Shown in pieces: positions 39,303-52,899 of a stretch of 64,000 nucleotides of DNA; the stretch's first letter is position 1; the number at the start of each line of letters is the position of its first letter. Source of the stretch: Laetmonice hystrix (Eukaryota); NCBI GenBank assembly GCA_965235115.1, contig OZ249436.1, forward strand, positions 66,836,001-66,900,000, read 5' to 3'. The position numbers and the translations under genes are program-made. The notes under the pieces were generated by a model, which ran no database searches, was not told the origin of the DNA, and was given only the letters and a program-made list of their open reading frames with translations.

Positions 39303-39424
39303 ATCTTGCGAACATGGTCGGGATGGCAGGGACTCAGGTACGCTGAGACACGTGGTAATCTGGGCAGGCCTTTTTATGTCAACTCAATCAACCGTACACA
39401 CTACAGATGATAAGCCCTTACAAG

Positions 39425-39575
39425 CAGTACCGGATCCAGGAGAGGGTTGGGTCCTGTGGGTCAGGACTCCGCCCATTTCTATTTTCCCCATAGAGCTTGT
39501 TGAACTAACCGTGCTGGGCCCCCTTTTGCCCCCATGGACCCCCTCCCCCTTTCCCAATTCCTGGATCCGCCCCTG
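39425..39575. mobile_element. MITE-like element (~151 bp) with imperfect TIRs and a 5-bp flanking direct repeat
   Basis: Left end cagtaccggatccagg versus right end cctggatccgcccctg. ACAAG flanks both sides (39420-39424 and 39576-39580). Related partial ends occur at 20409 and 32871. Confidence 0.65.
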
Positions 39576-39750
39576 ACAAGTATATTCCTCGTGAAACTCC
39601 AGGTAACCTATGTTTCTCAATCCGAACTCCAGATTTAAAACGGCACCATTGAAGTGTTGGGATAGACGTGACCTGACTGTACGTAATAATAACAAGCCAA
39701 CCATATTGGCCCATATAATATTGCGTGTCTGCGAGGGCCGATGCTAATCA

Positions 39751-39764
39751 GTGCCCCCTACTGG
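39751..39764 (-). promoter_or_regulatory. CTCF-like motif in SoxE intron 1
   Basis: The minus strand reads CCAGTAGGGGGCAC, a full consensus match. Confidence 0.4.
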
Positions 39765-40426
39765 GCATGGCAAGTAACTGCTGGCCGGGAGCGTGACTTC
39801 GCCAGCACGTTGTAATTCGTTCCAGCTCAGTTGACAAGGTTGCCGCTGGTAGTTTGTCCGCCACCCAAAGCAAACAACTCGGATTAATTATATCCGTGTT
39901 GTACTCCCCCCCCCCCTCTTATTTGCAGTGAATATGAAATGTTTCATAAATCTCGGCGTACGGGTGGTCCCGACTCTGTATACGGGAGTCGGGAGGTAGT
40001 GTTCGTGCGGAGCCTACTGCCGGTATAGACAGTCAGTAATCAGTGATTTTTTGTCACGGCTGGGGGGGGGGGTGATGTGTCTGAAAAGGGGGAAAGCTGA
40101 GCCCCGGACCATGGTAGGGGGTGGGGCGGGGTGGTGACGGTCCCGATTCCTAAAACCTTCCCGACCGCTCTCTGTGTGGAGAAGTTTCCGGCATCCTGCA
40201 GCACATCCGGTCTGGGGAGATCGATCAGAAAGCTACTCCCCCTAAGGCGGAAGGAAACATAATTTTATTAAATTAATCGTGACCAATTTCAACCCAATGA
40301 AGGGCGATAGCAAGGTCGCTGCCCCGGATGATAGAAGAGCCTCGAGATACAGGCATGTCGGGCTGCAACGTGAGAAAAGTGTGGAGTTGACGGACACGAG
40401 GCAGCGCCCCTAGCGGTGGCCTTGGA

Positions 40427-40910
40427 TGGTGGTGTGGCCGGCAGGGGTGTGACTATCAGAGGACCGTGTGGCCGGCAGGGGTGTGACTATCAGAGAGCCG
40501 TGTGGCCAGCAGGGGTGTGACTATCAGAGAGCCGTTTGGCTGGTAGGAGTATGACTATCAGAGGACCGTGTGGCCGGCAGGGGTGTGACTATCAGAGGAC
40601 CGTGTGGCCGGCAGGGGTGTGACTATCAGAGGACCGTGTGGCCAGCAGGGGTGTGACTATCAGAGAGCCGTGTGGCCAGCAGGGGTGTGACTATCAGAGA
40701 GCCGTTTGGCTGGTAGGAGTATGACTATCAGAGGACCGTTTGGCTGGTAGGAGTGTGACTATCAGAGGACTGTTTGGCTGGTAGGGGTATGACTATCAGA
40801 GGACCGTTTGGCTGGTAGGAGTATGGCTATCAGAGGACCGTTTGGCTGGTAGGAGTATGGCTATCAGAGGACCGTTTGGCTGGTACGAGTAGGAGTATCA
40901 GAGGACCGTG
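40427..40910. repeat. 34-bp minisatellite, ~14 copies, two variant classes
   Basis: Units ccgtgtggccggcaggggtgtgactatcagagga and ccgtttggctggtaggagtatgactatcagagga. Confidence 0.95.
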
Positions 40911-41805
40911 TAGAAGAGGACAAGGGCTGCACTCGGTACGATCAACTGACTACTTTCCCCTCACCGCCTCGCCTCGCCGCCCAAATCGTTTTTAAACTGT
41001 TCATCATTAATTTTAACACAAATTTGAGAAAAAAAGGTGGCTGTAGAACATATGTGGTTCCACGTACAAGCTATAAGATTTGTTAAAAAAGTTATGTACC
41101 ACATACTCTTAGCCCTGTAGGGTCACCTGTTACTGTTAGTATGTTTGTGTGGGTGGGTTAGGGGAAGTGGGTGGGGGGTACACTGTGGGGGGGAGGTTAC
41201 ATTATGATAAGTAATAATGATATCCTCCTTTCATTGTACGTTTCTTTGGGGGTCACAAAACCTTCAATTGGAACATCACGATTGCCACTTTCTAAATAAA
41301 GTAACTATCCATAAAAAGGTATGGGAGTTGGCAGGGGTACATCTTCCCCTTGTCCTCTAACCCCGAGTATTGTTGTCCAAGGAGGTTGGCCGTGAATGCC
41401 TACCAGGACACCCCGCCAGGGCTCAGTCATACCCTGATAGCTTTACATTGCTACCGCTAGGGGGCCGACATGCAGACATGTTGCACAAATGGTTTCGCAA
41501 TCAACCAATTCAATAAGAAGAAATAGACACACAAAAAGTAACGAAAGAAAAGGGCATTGTTCTTAAAAAATTATATTGGCAATAAAATTTCGGCCGGTAT
41601 AGGTTTATATCCTGAGTATCGCCGATATAAAAAGCTTTAAGCTGAGAGTTATTCTTGAAGCCTGGGTGGATATGTGGTTGGGCGGCGGTTAGAGCCGGGA
41701 TATAGGATGAGGGATTCAGGGTGTTGGTCCAACAGCTTGATGGCACCATCAGGTATCAATGTCAGCATCACAGCTTGGGTCAACATCGCCAGGTATGTCC
41801 GGGGT

Positions 41806-42991
41806 ATATCAACGTCGGCCGAATACAAGCTTGGCAGGCACCGTAATCATATCAACGTCGGCCGAATACAAGCTTGGCAGGCACCGCAATCATATCAACG
41901 TCAGCCGAATACAAGCTTGGCAGGCACCGCAATCATATCAACGTCGGCCGAATACAAGCTTGGCAGGCACCGCAATCATATCAACGTCAGCCGAATACAA
42001 GCTTGGCAGGCACCGCAATCATATCAACGTCGGCCGAATACAAGCTTGGCAGGCACCGTAATCATATCAACGTCGGCCGAATACAAGCTTGGCAGGCACC
42101 GCAATCATATCAACGTCGGCCGAATACAAGCTTGGCAGGCACCGTAATCATATCAACGTCGGCCGAATACAAGCTTGGCAGGCACCGCAATCATATCAAC
42201 GTCAGCCGAATACAAGCTTGGCAGGCACCGCAATCATATCAACGTCGGCCGAATACAAGCTTGGCAGGCACCGCAATCATATCAACGTCAGCCGAATACA
42301 AGCTTGGCAGGCACCGCAATCATATCAACGTCGGCCGAATACAAGCTTGGCAGGCACCGCAATCATATCAACGTCAGCCGAATACAAGCTTGGCAGGCAC
42401 CGCAATCATATCAACGTCAGCCGAATACAAGCTTGGCAGGCACCGTAATCATATCAACGTCGGCCGAATACAAGCTTGGCAGGCACCGCAATCATATCAA
42501 CGTCAGCCGAATACAAGCTTGGCAGGCACCGCAATCATATCAACGTCGGCCGAATACAAGCTTGGCAGGCACCGCAATCATATCAACGTCGGCCGAATAC
42601 AAGCTTGGCAGGCACCGCAATCATATCAACGTCAGCAGAATACAAGCTTGGCAGGCACCGCAATCATATCAACGTCGGCCGAATACAAGCTTGGCAGGCA
42701 CCGCAATCATATCAACGTCGGCCGAATACAAGCTTGGCAGGCACCGCAATCATATCAACGTCGGCCGAATACAAGCTTGGCAGGCACCGCAATCATATCA
42801 ACGTCAGCAGAATACAAGCTTGGCAGGCACCGCAATCATATCAACGTCGGCCGAATACAAGCTTGGCAGGCACCGCAATCATATCAACGTCGGCCGAATA
42901 CAAGCTTGGCAGGCACCGCAATCATATCAACGTCAGCCGAATACAAGCTTGGCAGGCACCGCAATCATATCAACGTCAGCCGAATACAAGC
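41806..42991. repeat. 43-bp minisatellite, ~27 copies, one HindIII site per unit
   Basis: Unit atatcaacgtcggccgaatacaagcttggcaggcaccgcaatc. Produces the same 43-aa repeat ORF in all three + frames. Confidence 0.98.
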
Positions 42992-45659
42992 TTTGTTGGC
43001 ACCGCAATCAGGTCTCAACCAATCAACACGGACCTCTTATACACCAATTATAAAAGGTGACTTACAATCACCGTTTTATAGTTAAACTCATATTATCCAA
43101 TCTGTATAAATTGTCTGGCATGCACGTGCACGTTGAGATGCGACATGAATGCCAGTGTGCACTTAAAGTCATTATAATATGGGGCCTACATCTGTGCAGT
43201 CATGGCTCGATATAATATAATGTATGATAACTCAGACGCAAGCGTGCGTATATATAGAGTATTTTAAAATGCGTGCGGTTCTTTAATTAGACACGCTGTT
43301 CATGTTCACGTTCATGATAAAATGGCAATTGGCTTCACATGAATTGTCCTAGGTGTTTCCATAGCGACAAATCTACGTGCGACACGCGAGATTTTCCTAA
43401 GTGCCACGGAGAGATTTGCTTAAATTAACCCAACTCCTATCGTATGATATCCACCTGACTTAGAACTATAATATTATTATAGAAATAATATACATGTAAG
43501 TACATACGCATGCTTATTATTGAAATTATTACGTATGCCTATTTTGGTTTGAGTAATGTACTGATGAGTAAACGTATCGTAACATTGACCGAGTCACCTC
43601 ACAAACCAAGCAATGGTTGTCACGTTTGTTTTCTATTCAATAATATGATACCCCGAACCCATTGCTTGAATCAACGTGTCGTGTAATTTTGAAGGTGGCC
43701 ACCGAAGGGAATCGTTTGGCTCCATCCGAGGTGCGCATGTTGGGGTCTGACCCACAGCCCTCACCTCCCACCGTTCACTGTGTGTGCACCACGGGGAAGG
43801 GGCAATCTTTAGTTCCAAAACACATAACTTGGAAGCGGCTTTATATCAGATTCTTATAAAAAAAAAAAAAATTCTTCAGCAGTGACAAATCTCAGCCGGG
43901 GTAGACGACATTAGAGCGTCATGAAGGGAACCATTAGGGGGCGGGTAAACACGCCGGGTTTCCTCATGAGGGGGCCGGAGAGGGTGGGGGGTAGTAAAGG
44001 AGGGTCACGTGCGTGGTAAGATGCTCTTTACATTAGGTGCCGTCCTATCAGTTTACATCATTAAATTCGGACCCATTCGGCCGCTGCAGTCCGCCAGCCC
44101 AGACCATCACGGCCGACACATGATAGCTGTATTTACTACCTATATATTTGTCGACACAGACCGGTCTCAAGGCGGTCCCAAATGTTCCATGCAAACAAAA
44201 GACAAAAAAAGGACGCCCATGCAAGGGTCGGGAACATGGAGAGAATCTTTTTGGTCTTCACTTCAAGGAGGCTCACTGGCGGGGTTGAATTTTTCTGTCA
44301 CGAACTCCCTTGAAGAACTTTGCCGTCCAAACACACGCTGGTTTATTGTTCCGCTTTTTAAAATATTGAAGTTGAAACGTCATGGGTTGGGCAGCGGTGT
44401 CATAGCACAGCGACATCTATCGTGTCGGCAGGCAGGGTCCGATACCCTCAATGGATAAACCACATGCTCGTCCTCACGCACGTGCTCCCTGCAGTCGTCA
44501 CCACGACCGACGTGAGAAACTGTCATTATTGGCAGGCAGCAACGTAAACGTAACTTCTCCAGTCTCCATGTGGAGAGTTACGTCTTTCAAACCAGACCTA
44601 GGGGGCGCTAGCGGCTGCGCCCATTATTATGTCGGGAGCGCGGTGATGGTATTCATCCAGAAGCCAGGTACCGTACACAACCAACTTTAACTGGCCGACA
44701 GGAGGAGGACCCCCCAGGTAATGTCCCAGCCAGCAAACTTGGCCTTATGGCGCAGGCTCTATGTGACCTTACGAGGAATTATTAGTAGTCCAAGATTTGA
44801 CCACTTGTGTTGTAAGGCCAACTCGGCCCAATCGTTCACAGGTGACTCCAATAGTGAGTGACTTGCCTGCATATGGTCCACACCCGGTCTGCACATTTCT
44901 TAGACTTACCAAAGAGGCAGTGCCATGTATATTTACCAGTAAATATAGGCATATTGTTTTTAACGTGTGGATACCACTGATGCATGTGTATGCCGGAGCC
45001 AGGATATTGATATGTTAGGGTTACCAAGTTTTCTGCCTCCCTTGAATACAATTTGTTGACGCTCCTAAATTAAAAAGGAAAACACACACACAAACACAAA
45101 CAAGAAAAGTTAGGTGCGCCATCGACGTCTCAAATACATGATCACAATACAAGGCTATGCCCATATTGGTTTTACCAAATAGGTGTGTCATTGTATAAAT
45201 CAATGTTTCCGACATCGACGCCCCACGCCCCTCACCCACTCCCACCCACCAAAATTACAAGCAGAGACCCGACCAAAAGTATACAATATATGAGGGTCGG
45301 TATGCCTGTATGGTCAGCGGAGAATGTGTGGACCTAACTTTTGACACCATGTCCTTCACTCCACCCTACTTAACTCAAACCATCAAATTAATCAACTCGG
45401 AGCACGCCGGCCCTTTGTGTCAGAACACGGTGACCTGGCAAGGTCTACAGGCGAGACATGGTTGCGTTTCTGTTTAGGAAATGATGACTGATTGACTACC
45501 GGGCTGACGACCACCACAGGTGACCCCGACCAGACACTGGTTGCGTGCTCAGTGACCCGTGACTGCCGTCATTTTGACGACCGCGCTGTGGGATGGCATG
45601 TCTCAGCAGCTAGCCCCAGTCACCATGTTGGGAGGGCCGGGGGGGGGGGGGGGCTAGAG

Positions 45660-46112
45660 GGTCCTGCACTGACTGAGGGCCCTAGCCCTGCCTAATGTCT
45701 TGATCTATGGTCAGTATCCTCTCTCTCATGCACCGACTGAGGGCCCCAGCCCTGCCTAACGTCTTGATCTATGGTCAGTGTCCTCTCTCTCATGCACTGA
45801 CTGAGGGCCCTAGCCCTGCCTAACGTCTTGATCTATGGTCAGTATCCTCTCTCTCATGCACTGACTGAGGGCCCCAGCCCTGCCTAACGTCTTGATCTAT
45901 GGTCAGTATCCTCTCTCTCATGCACCGACTGAGGGCCCCAGCCCCGCCTAACGTCTTGATCTATGGTCAGTATCCTCTCTCTCATGCACCGACTGAGGGC
46001 CCCAGCCCCGCCTAACGTCTTGATCTATGGTCAGTATCCTCTCTCTCATGCACTGACTGAGGGCCCTAGCCCTGCCTTTAAAGTCTTGATCTATGGTCAG
46101 TGTCCTCTCTCT
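45660..46112. repeat. 64-bp tandem repeat, ~6-7 copies
   Basis: gactgagggc recurs at 45671, 45735, 45799 and onward. Confidence 0.95.
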
Positions 46113-46946
46113 CCATACATTGTGCATGGTGACGACACCGAGGTCTCCCGCCGCCGATCCCTGCCTAGAAATCTTTACCCGTCTACAAATCATAGACCTG
46201 CAGGTCTAATAACTGGGACACACTATCGATGTTGATATAGATAATCTGTAGATGACACACATACATAATGTCACGCAGACTTATGCACGAATGCAAATAT
46301 GCGTATCTCAACACTAGATTTATCCCAGAATCAACCTCACTGAATGTTATGTCAGAGTAGGCCTAGGCCTGTCGGGTGTTCCGCACTAATATTTTAAAAT
46401 GGAACGAACATGTATATTTATAAATGATAGATATTCTTATATCCCCCCCCCGCCTGGCGCTTAATGAACAATCCTTGAGCACAAGATAATGTTTATGATT
46501 TATACCAATGTTTATACCATGGCCCAGAAACACTCTCGGCCATAGGTGAGGGTATCACCAATCATCATGTATCATCATGTCCGACCGTCTCGCAGTTCAT
46601 CGATCCCCGCGAGATGTTTCCGAGATGCTGCACATCCCGCCGCCAGGGGGCAAGACCCCCCGTGGAGCTCCGAGCGTGCGTTATGTTTCCCATAGTGAGC
46701 CGCCTCATCGCCCCGTTCCGGATGAGGACACCCCTCCCCCTCCTCCCCCTCCCCCTCCTCCCCCTCCCCTTCCTCCCTCCTCCCCCCTCCCTCTCCTCCC
46801 CCTCTCTCCTCCCCCGGGGGAGCAGGGGCTGACAGCAGGGAGCGGGACGCCGCCGGCTATCCCTCACTCTTATCTCACTCGTCCGACCATCTTCTTATCA
46901 GTAAAAAGAAAATTTATGATGATATTGACATCGCTTCCGAACGTCT

Positions 46947-47348
46947 TAAATTATGGTCATATAGCCTATGGTGACGCGGTGGGACAGTGTTCATATAGCC
47001 TATGGTGACGCGGTGGTTAAATTATGGTCACATAGCCTATGGTGACGCGGTGGTTAAATTATGGTCACATAGCCTATGGTGACGCGGTGGTTAAATTATG
47101 GTCATATAGCCTATGGTGACGCGGTGGGACAGTGTTCATATAGCCTATGGTGACGCGGTGGTTAAATTATGGTCACATAGCCTATGGTGACGCGGTGGTT
47201 AAATTATGGTCACATAGCCTATGGTGACGCGGTGGGACAGTGTTCCCATAGCCTATGGTGACGCGGTGGTTAAATTCTGGTCACATAGCCTATGGTGACG
47301 CGGTGGGACAGTGTTCACATCGCCTATGGTGACGCGGTGGGACAGTGT
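46947..47348. repeat. Composite 37/34-bp minisatellite, 11 units
   Basis: Constant atagcctatggtgacgcggtgg with two alternative linkers. Confidence 0.95.
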
Positions 47349-48179
47349 GGTGGACTCGGTGGCTATGTAGGCCGTCCTCCAGATACATGATACAGCCATA
47401 TAGATATCATACATATACAAATGTACGTATATAAAGTATGACTGTATAGATACTGTATATGCCTATCACGATCCCTGTACTCTAATGTTCCTCCCTCCGT
47501 CATATTACCAAACACTGCAGGCAGACGACTGACACATCAGTCCTATAGCACAGTGGACAGACCACGGCGACCCCCTGGTGACGAGTTTCAAGGCTAGGCT
47601 ATACGTTATTTAAGGTGTGCCTCTGAATTGTACCAACAGTTTCTGTTGGACAGATGTAACAATACATGAGGCCTGTTACTGAATGATTCCATGAGTACAC
47701 AATGACAGCAATGGGCCTGGTTGACCAATGATTCGTCTTAACAGGGCAACCCTGCTTCGAATTGACAACGTGCACCAAAGAACAAGGGACACGTTCAAAG
47801 ACGTTTCATAATAACATGAGCTCCCCTGACCCCCTGACCTCCGACCCCTGACCTCTGACGCGCTCCGTGTGGGTTCCGGTGGATCCTGCCAAGACAAACA
47901 CTGGTCGGACTGCCGGGATTACAACCTTGGGGCCCCGGCGAGTTGTGACCTTGTCGGCAGACAATTGGCCGTGAACACGGATATTTATCTATACGAGCCA
48001 CCAGCTCCCATACACAGACTGCTACCATTCTGACCTGGCTGTGCTTGCAAGAAAACAAACTTGTAAAACAAACCCCGCATACTAGCAGAGACATACCTTG
48101 AACATCCTGAAAACTAATAGCCCCACTGTGCCTTCTATAGTTATGATCCTGTATTCATATAACATCAGCATCATTTACC

Positions 48180-48760
48180 TACCAGTTCTTCACTGAATAT
48201 GTTAAAATCATTTATCCGGCAGTGAGATATCATACCATTATAACCAGTTCTTCACTGAACATGTTACAATCCTCTATCCGGCAGTGGACTATCATACCAT
48301 TATAACCAGTTCTTCACTGAACATGTTAAAATCCTCTATCCGGCAGTGGGCTAGCATACCGCATTGTAACAAGTTCTTCACTGAACATGTTAAAATCATC
48401 TATCCGGGTGTGGGATATCAAACCATTATAACCAGTTCTTCACTGAACATGTTAAAATCATCTATCCGGCAGTGGACTATCATACCATTATAACCAGTTC
48501 TTCACTGAACATGTTAAAATCATCTATCCGGCAGTGGACTATCATACCATTATAACCAGTTCTTCACTGAACATGTTAAAATCCTCTATCCGGCAGTGGA
48601 CTATCATACCATTGTAACAAGTTCTTCACTGAACATGTTAAAATCCTCTATCCGGCAGTGGACTATCATACCATTATAACCAGTTCTTCACTGAACATGT
48701 TAAAATCCTCTAGCCGGCAGTGGGATATCATATCATCATAACCAGTCCGTCAATGAACAT
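48180..48760. repeat. 62-bp minisatellite, ~9 copies
   Basis: Unit ataccattataaccagttcttcactgaacatgttaaaatcctctatccggcagtggactatc. Degenerate at the edges. Confidence 0.95.
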
Positions 48761-51700
48761 TAAAAGGACTTGCTTATTTGGAATACATGTACCATGATCT
48801 CCACACATTTGTTTGTATCAATCGGTATAGACCTCTGACTAGAATAGGTTGGGTGGGATAACATAATCATAGAATATCAGTGTGAAAACTGTTTGTCTGT
48901 TGGTCGGCTGTTTTGGAAGGGATATCAAAACATCATTTATGGATTGTAGAAGTCCCTTTTGTAATCTGCTCCTTGCTGATATTTTCTTCATGGCTGTGAC
49001 TCTGAACCATTTGAGACCATAACACATTCCACGAGGCCAGTGCCATGGATGCATCAAGGGGGTGACCAGAGCACCATATCGTCACTTAATACAACAGCAT
49101 CTCATCCCGGGACAATATTATTCATACTGCAATATATTGCAGTTGTACAAGGTATATCTATTTGAGTTAGCATGTTCTGGTTACGTCAAGGTGTCCCTGA
49201 CTATCCCACTGACGGCCCTGGATGGTAACACGGTGTGTCCCACATCGTTCGCCACTGTTATAATTAGGTGTGTTGGGGGCGGGGCGTCCCCTTGTCAGGG
49301 TGTGTGTGTTCACTTTACCAACCATGTATGAAATTAACATGTGAAACAGACCCCTGCTGCTACAGTTCTGGCAACGGAATTACTTGAACATCCTGAGGGG
49401 GAAAGGGCAATTCTCAATGAACAGTTCAAACTACGGCATTTGTTAGTCGCATTATTTGAAAACCATAAGCTACCAAAGTGTTTCTGATTGAAAACCAAAG
49501 TTGCTCCTCATTGGGGAGACTGTATTTTGACGGAAGGCCTCGACGGTTTGGACTTGAGCGAGTGGCAAACATCGCAGGTCGTGTGGACAGTGAGATGGAA
49601 GTGACTCATTGCGACTTGTCGGCCGCTTTCAGCAAGCGTTCACGAGGCGTGTCTTTTCTCCGGTTTGACCCCAAGTCGTGACCAAAACAAGTTCGATACG
49701 TGCTCACTGTATCACAAAGCGGGCGACCACAAGTATCTCCAGACTCAGGGGTGGAAATGAAGTCCCCAGTCGCGTGTCAACCCCTCTGGCCGGGTTTATA
49801 CAGGACGGGGAATCACCGTCTTCAGTATTTTTGTCCAGTTACTCGATGGATTGCGTAGATCGTATGGAATCTGGTTGAGCACATACAATTGGAACACAAG
49901 GGTGGAAGACGAGGTTTGGAATTGGTGTGCCCCAACCCCCCACCTCCCGTTGGGGGTAAATGTGCAGGGACCACCCCCGTCCCGTTATATACCCAGCACC
50001 CTTTTATAGAATCAATTCATTTTGTTGTCATGTTTCTCTATTTGGCGACACACTATCAGCAGCACCACCTGAAATTGATTTCAATAAAGCTCGGCGAAGA
50101 GGCCATTCACTCGGTGTCACCCTGGTCTCAGCTTTCCCATTGCCTGCGCCCCCGAGGGCCGAAAACCCCCCTCCTCCATCCCCCTATTCCTCCTACCAGG
50201 ACCCCGCTCCCCCCGCCCGCCTGACCTGGGATGCCCTCCCGACTTCATCCCGTCCCCTTTTTCAGGTGGTCGGATTTCACATTTCATCGCTTTCAATGGA
50301 CCATTGCCCGTGCAAGCTCGACTTTCTCTTTTATAGGGTGGCGGCGGCGGCGGTGGTGGTGGCGGCCGGTCGGCCTACGATGATCAGCGCCGCCTGACGG
50401 TGACCGCCTGCCGTTTGTATGGCGGAACAGTCGCTAGGCCAATCACGCAGCAAGGAATCGCTAGGCCCGCTTGTAGACGATTTAATGGTCTTTGATGTCG
50501 GCGGCAGAGCCCACCTCAGGATATAGCTCAGGTGCTCCCTTTGAGTTTGCAGCCTACAATTCATAGCTTCCGTTTTTTCATAAGGCTCTAAGGTAACTTC
50601 TTATCGGTGCGAAGCGGCGGAGTTGATGGGTAGTTTGTATTCCGGCCGGGTAGCAGCACCATGCAGCGCCGCAAGGCCAACCGGCATGGGAGGCGGGGGG
50701 TGGGGGTGGGGGTGGGGGGTCGTCATCATAACATGGGACACTTCGTATAGGCCTATACCACACTGTTTCACACTTCATAGTCATTGGTAGGGAGAGGGAG
50801 TAGCACTCGTCGAACTGACAATGATGAAATCACGGATGGACAACTATCAGTCAGGTCATAATCTACAGAAGAACTGACCACGGATATGGTTGGCGACCCG
50901 ACTGGTTTCGCCCAACTCGCTCACGGAACTTTTTGTTATGATTTCATGCCCCCCCCCCCCCCCCCCCGGTCATTGTGTCGGATGTCAGAACCAATACTGA
51001 CGTCCCCGTCATGGCGACTACAGTCCGACCACACATCTCGAGGGTAAAACTTTCCCAGTAACATTGTTCACTCGGTCTGGTCGTCCATGATTAAACCCTG
51101 CGGTAGGGGATGAATGATAGAAGGGCGTTCATTACTCTCCACCAGTGACGTCATAATACCGCTGACGTCTGATTATCGTGAAGACACTTTTACCGTCCGG
51201 GGTCCGATTTCAATGAGGGCGACTTGTCTCCTGTAGAAAGTGCAGAGCGAGAAATGATATGGGCAAAGTAAATTTCATGCCATGTCAGTCGTTCTGCAGT
51301 CACTCTGTCACCGACCTTCACAGGTCTGTTGCCCCATTCAGCCCGGCCATGGCTCGACCACGACTATTTGCTCTAACTACAGGCGGTGCTGGGCCGACAA
51401 CAGGTTGTTTTGACTCTTTCCCCAGGTAATCCAGCTCTCTAATTCCACCAAATTATATTTCTGGTGTAGGGGGTGGGGGTTCTCTGACAGTGGGGGTGGA
51501 ATCAGTGGCCGAGTCCCTGTCTACGGAAGCTGAGCACTCAAGCAGCCGTTCTGATTGCCGCAAAAAGACCTGCAATTACGCGCCTGGTGACGGGTGGATG
51601 TGGGCCTGAGTTATTGGGTCAGTGGTAGCTGTGTGTGGCAGGCAGGTCGGCAGGGAGGGGGTGGAAGGACGCCGAGGATCAGGGCAGGGGTGGGGTGCGA

Positions 51701-51914
51701 TCACCTGGGGTGTTGTCCTGTCAGGTCATGCATGACCGGCCGGTTCTGACATGAGGGCCAAGTCCTTTCGTCTCCACCCTCGACCATGCTGGGTTGTACC
51801 TCTCTTACGCCAAATTTGCTCACACACAACCAGAACGCAGACCCCCCACACATGCATGTCTCACGCACATAGTACATACTTACGCACACCCCGACCACCA
51901 CCGTCTCTCGCGCG

Positions 51915-51998
51915 ACTCCTCGCCCTCCACCCCCAGCCCCCCAGCCCCCCAGCCCTCCACCCCCAGCCCCCCAGCCCCCCAGCCCTCCACCCCACCCC
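51915..51998. repeat. C-rich short tandem repeat
   Basis: Repeats of ccctccacccccagccccccagcccccca. Confidence 0.8.
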
Positions 51999-52899
51999 CC
52001 TTCGTGTCACTCTCGCATAAACCAGCAAATAAACTTTCGTGAGGCAACGTTTTCCAGAAAGCTTTACACTTCACATCACAACTCCTCGTTCTTTTCTGCG
52101 GATAGATTGATATGAACTACCTCCCCCTCCCCTCCTCACTGTCAACTGCCAAACCAAGCCTGTTACTGATCCACCAGCAAAACGTCCATATCGTTGTCAT
52201 CGACTCATAAAACTGTCCATCAAATTTAAACAGGGTGACAATCAAAGGCGACAAATGCAGTCGTCACCACTGGGTTGTGACGTCATTTTGACGAACGTAA
52301 ATCAATCTGGTTTAGAGCCACGCGCAGCCATTAGTTTCAGGTTATAGGAGCACTAATTCTCGCTATAGGTGGCCAAGGTGACGATTTCCAGTGGATACAG
52401 GGGTATACAAACGGACTATTCCGTTAACGCTTTATCTGACACAATGTTATGAAGTTCCTAATGTTAGAGTCCAGACATTCAGTCATTTATGAAATCAATA
52501 CTGGACTCCGTAGACTCTGAGAAAGGTCAGGTAGACCCAGCGAGAGCAGACGGACGGAAAACTCCGAGTGGCATGGGTTTTGACTCCTACCACACAAAAC
52601 GGGATCGAGTTGGGAATAGGGATACGAGCTCCCTTCAGATTGTAAGTGTTCACCTTGAGCCAGATTCAGGCCCCCCGACTCAAACAGAGATAACACATTC
52701 TCCGACTAGCCCATTGGTTTACTAAGACCTATTTTGTATATGTTTTATTCCCATGTGGAAATCATAGACCCCCTTTCTAGGCCTACCACGACTTCAAAAT
52801 CAGAAGCGTCACATTAAACGTTTCGGTCACCTCGGCCGTGAGGATGGGCCGTCAGAAAATGTGTTCTCTAACTGTGAGAGATGTTTCAGACACACGTAA

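Noticed and set aside
40400-40416. gcgcccctagcgg as a CTCF site
   Set aside because: One base short in the core G run.
41674-43085. Several long overlapping ORFs up to 403 aa
   Set aside because: The same peptide appears in all three frames of a 43-bp satellite, so these are repeat artefacts.
49470-49880. LYKPG motif on the minus strand suggesting a Gypsy pol fragment
   Set aside because: A single short motif with surrounding stops and no other pol motifs.
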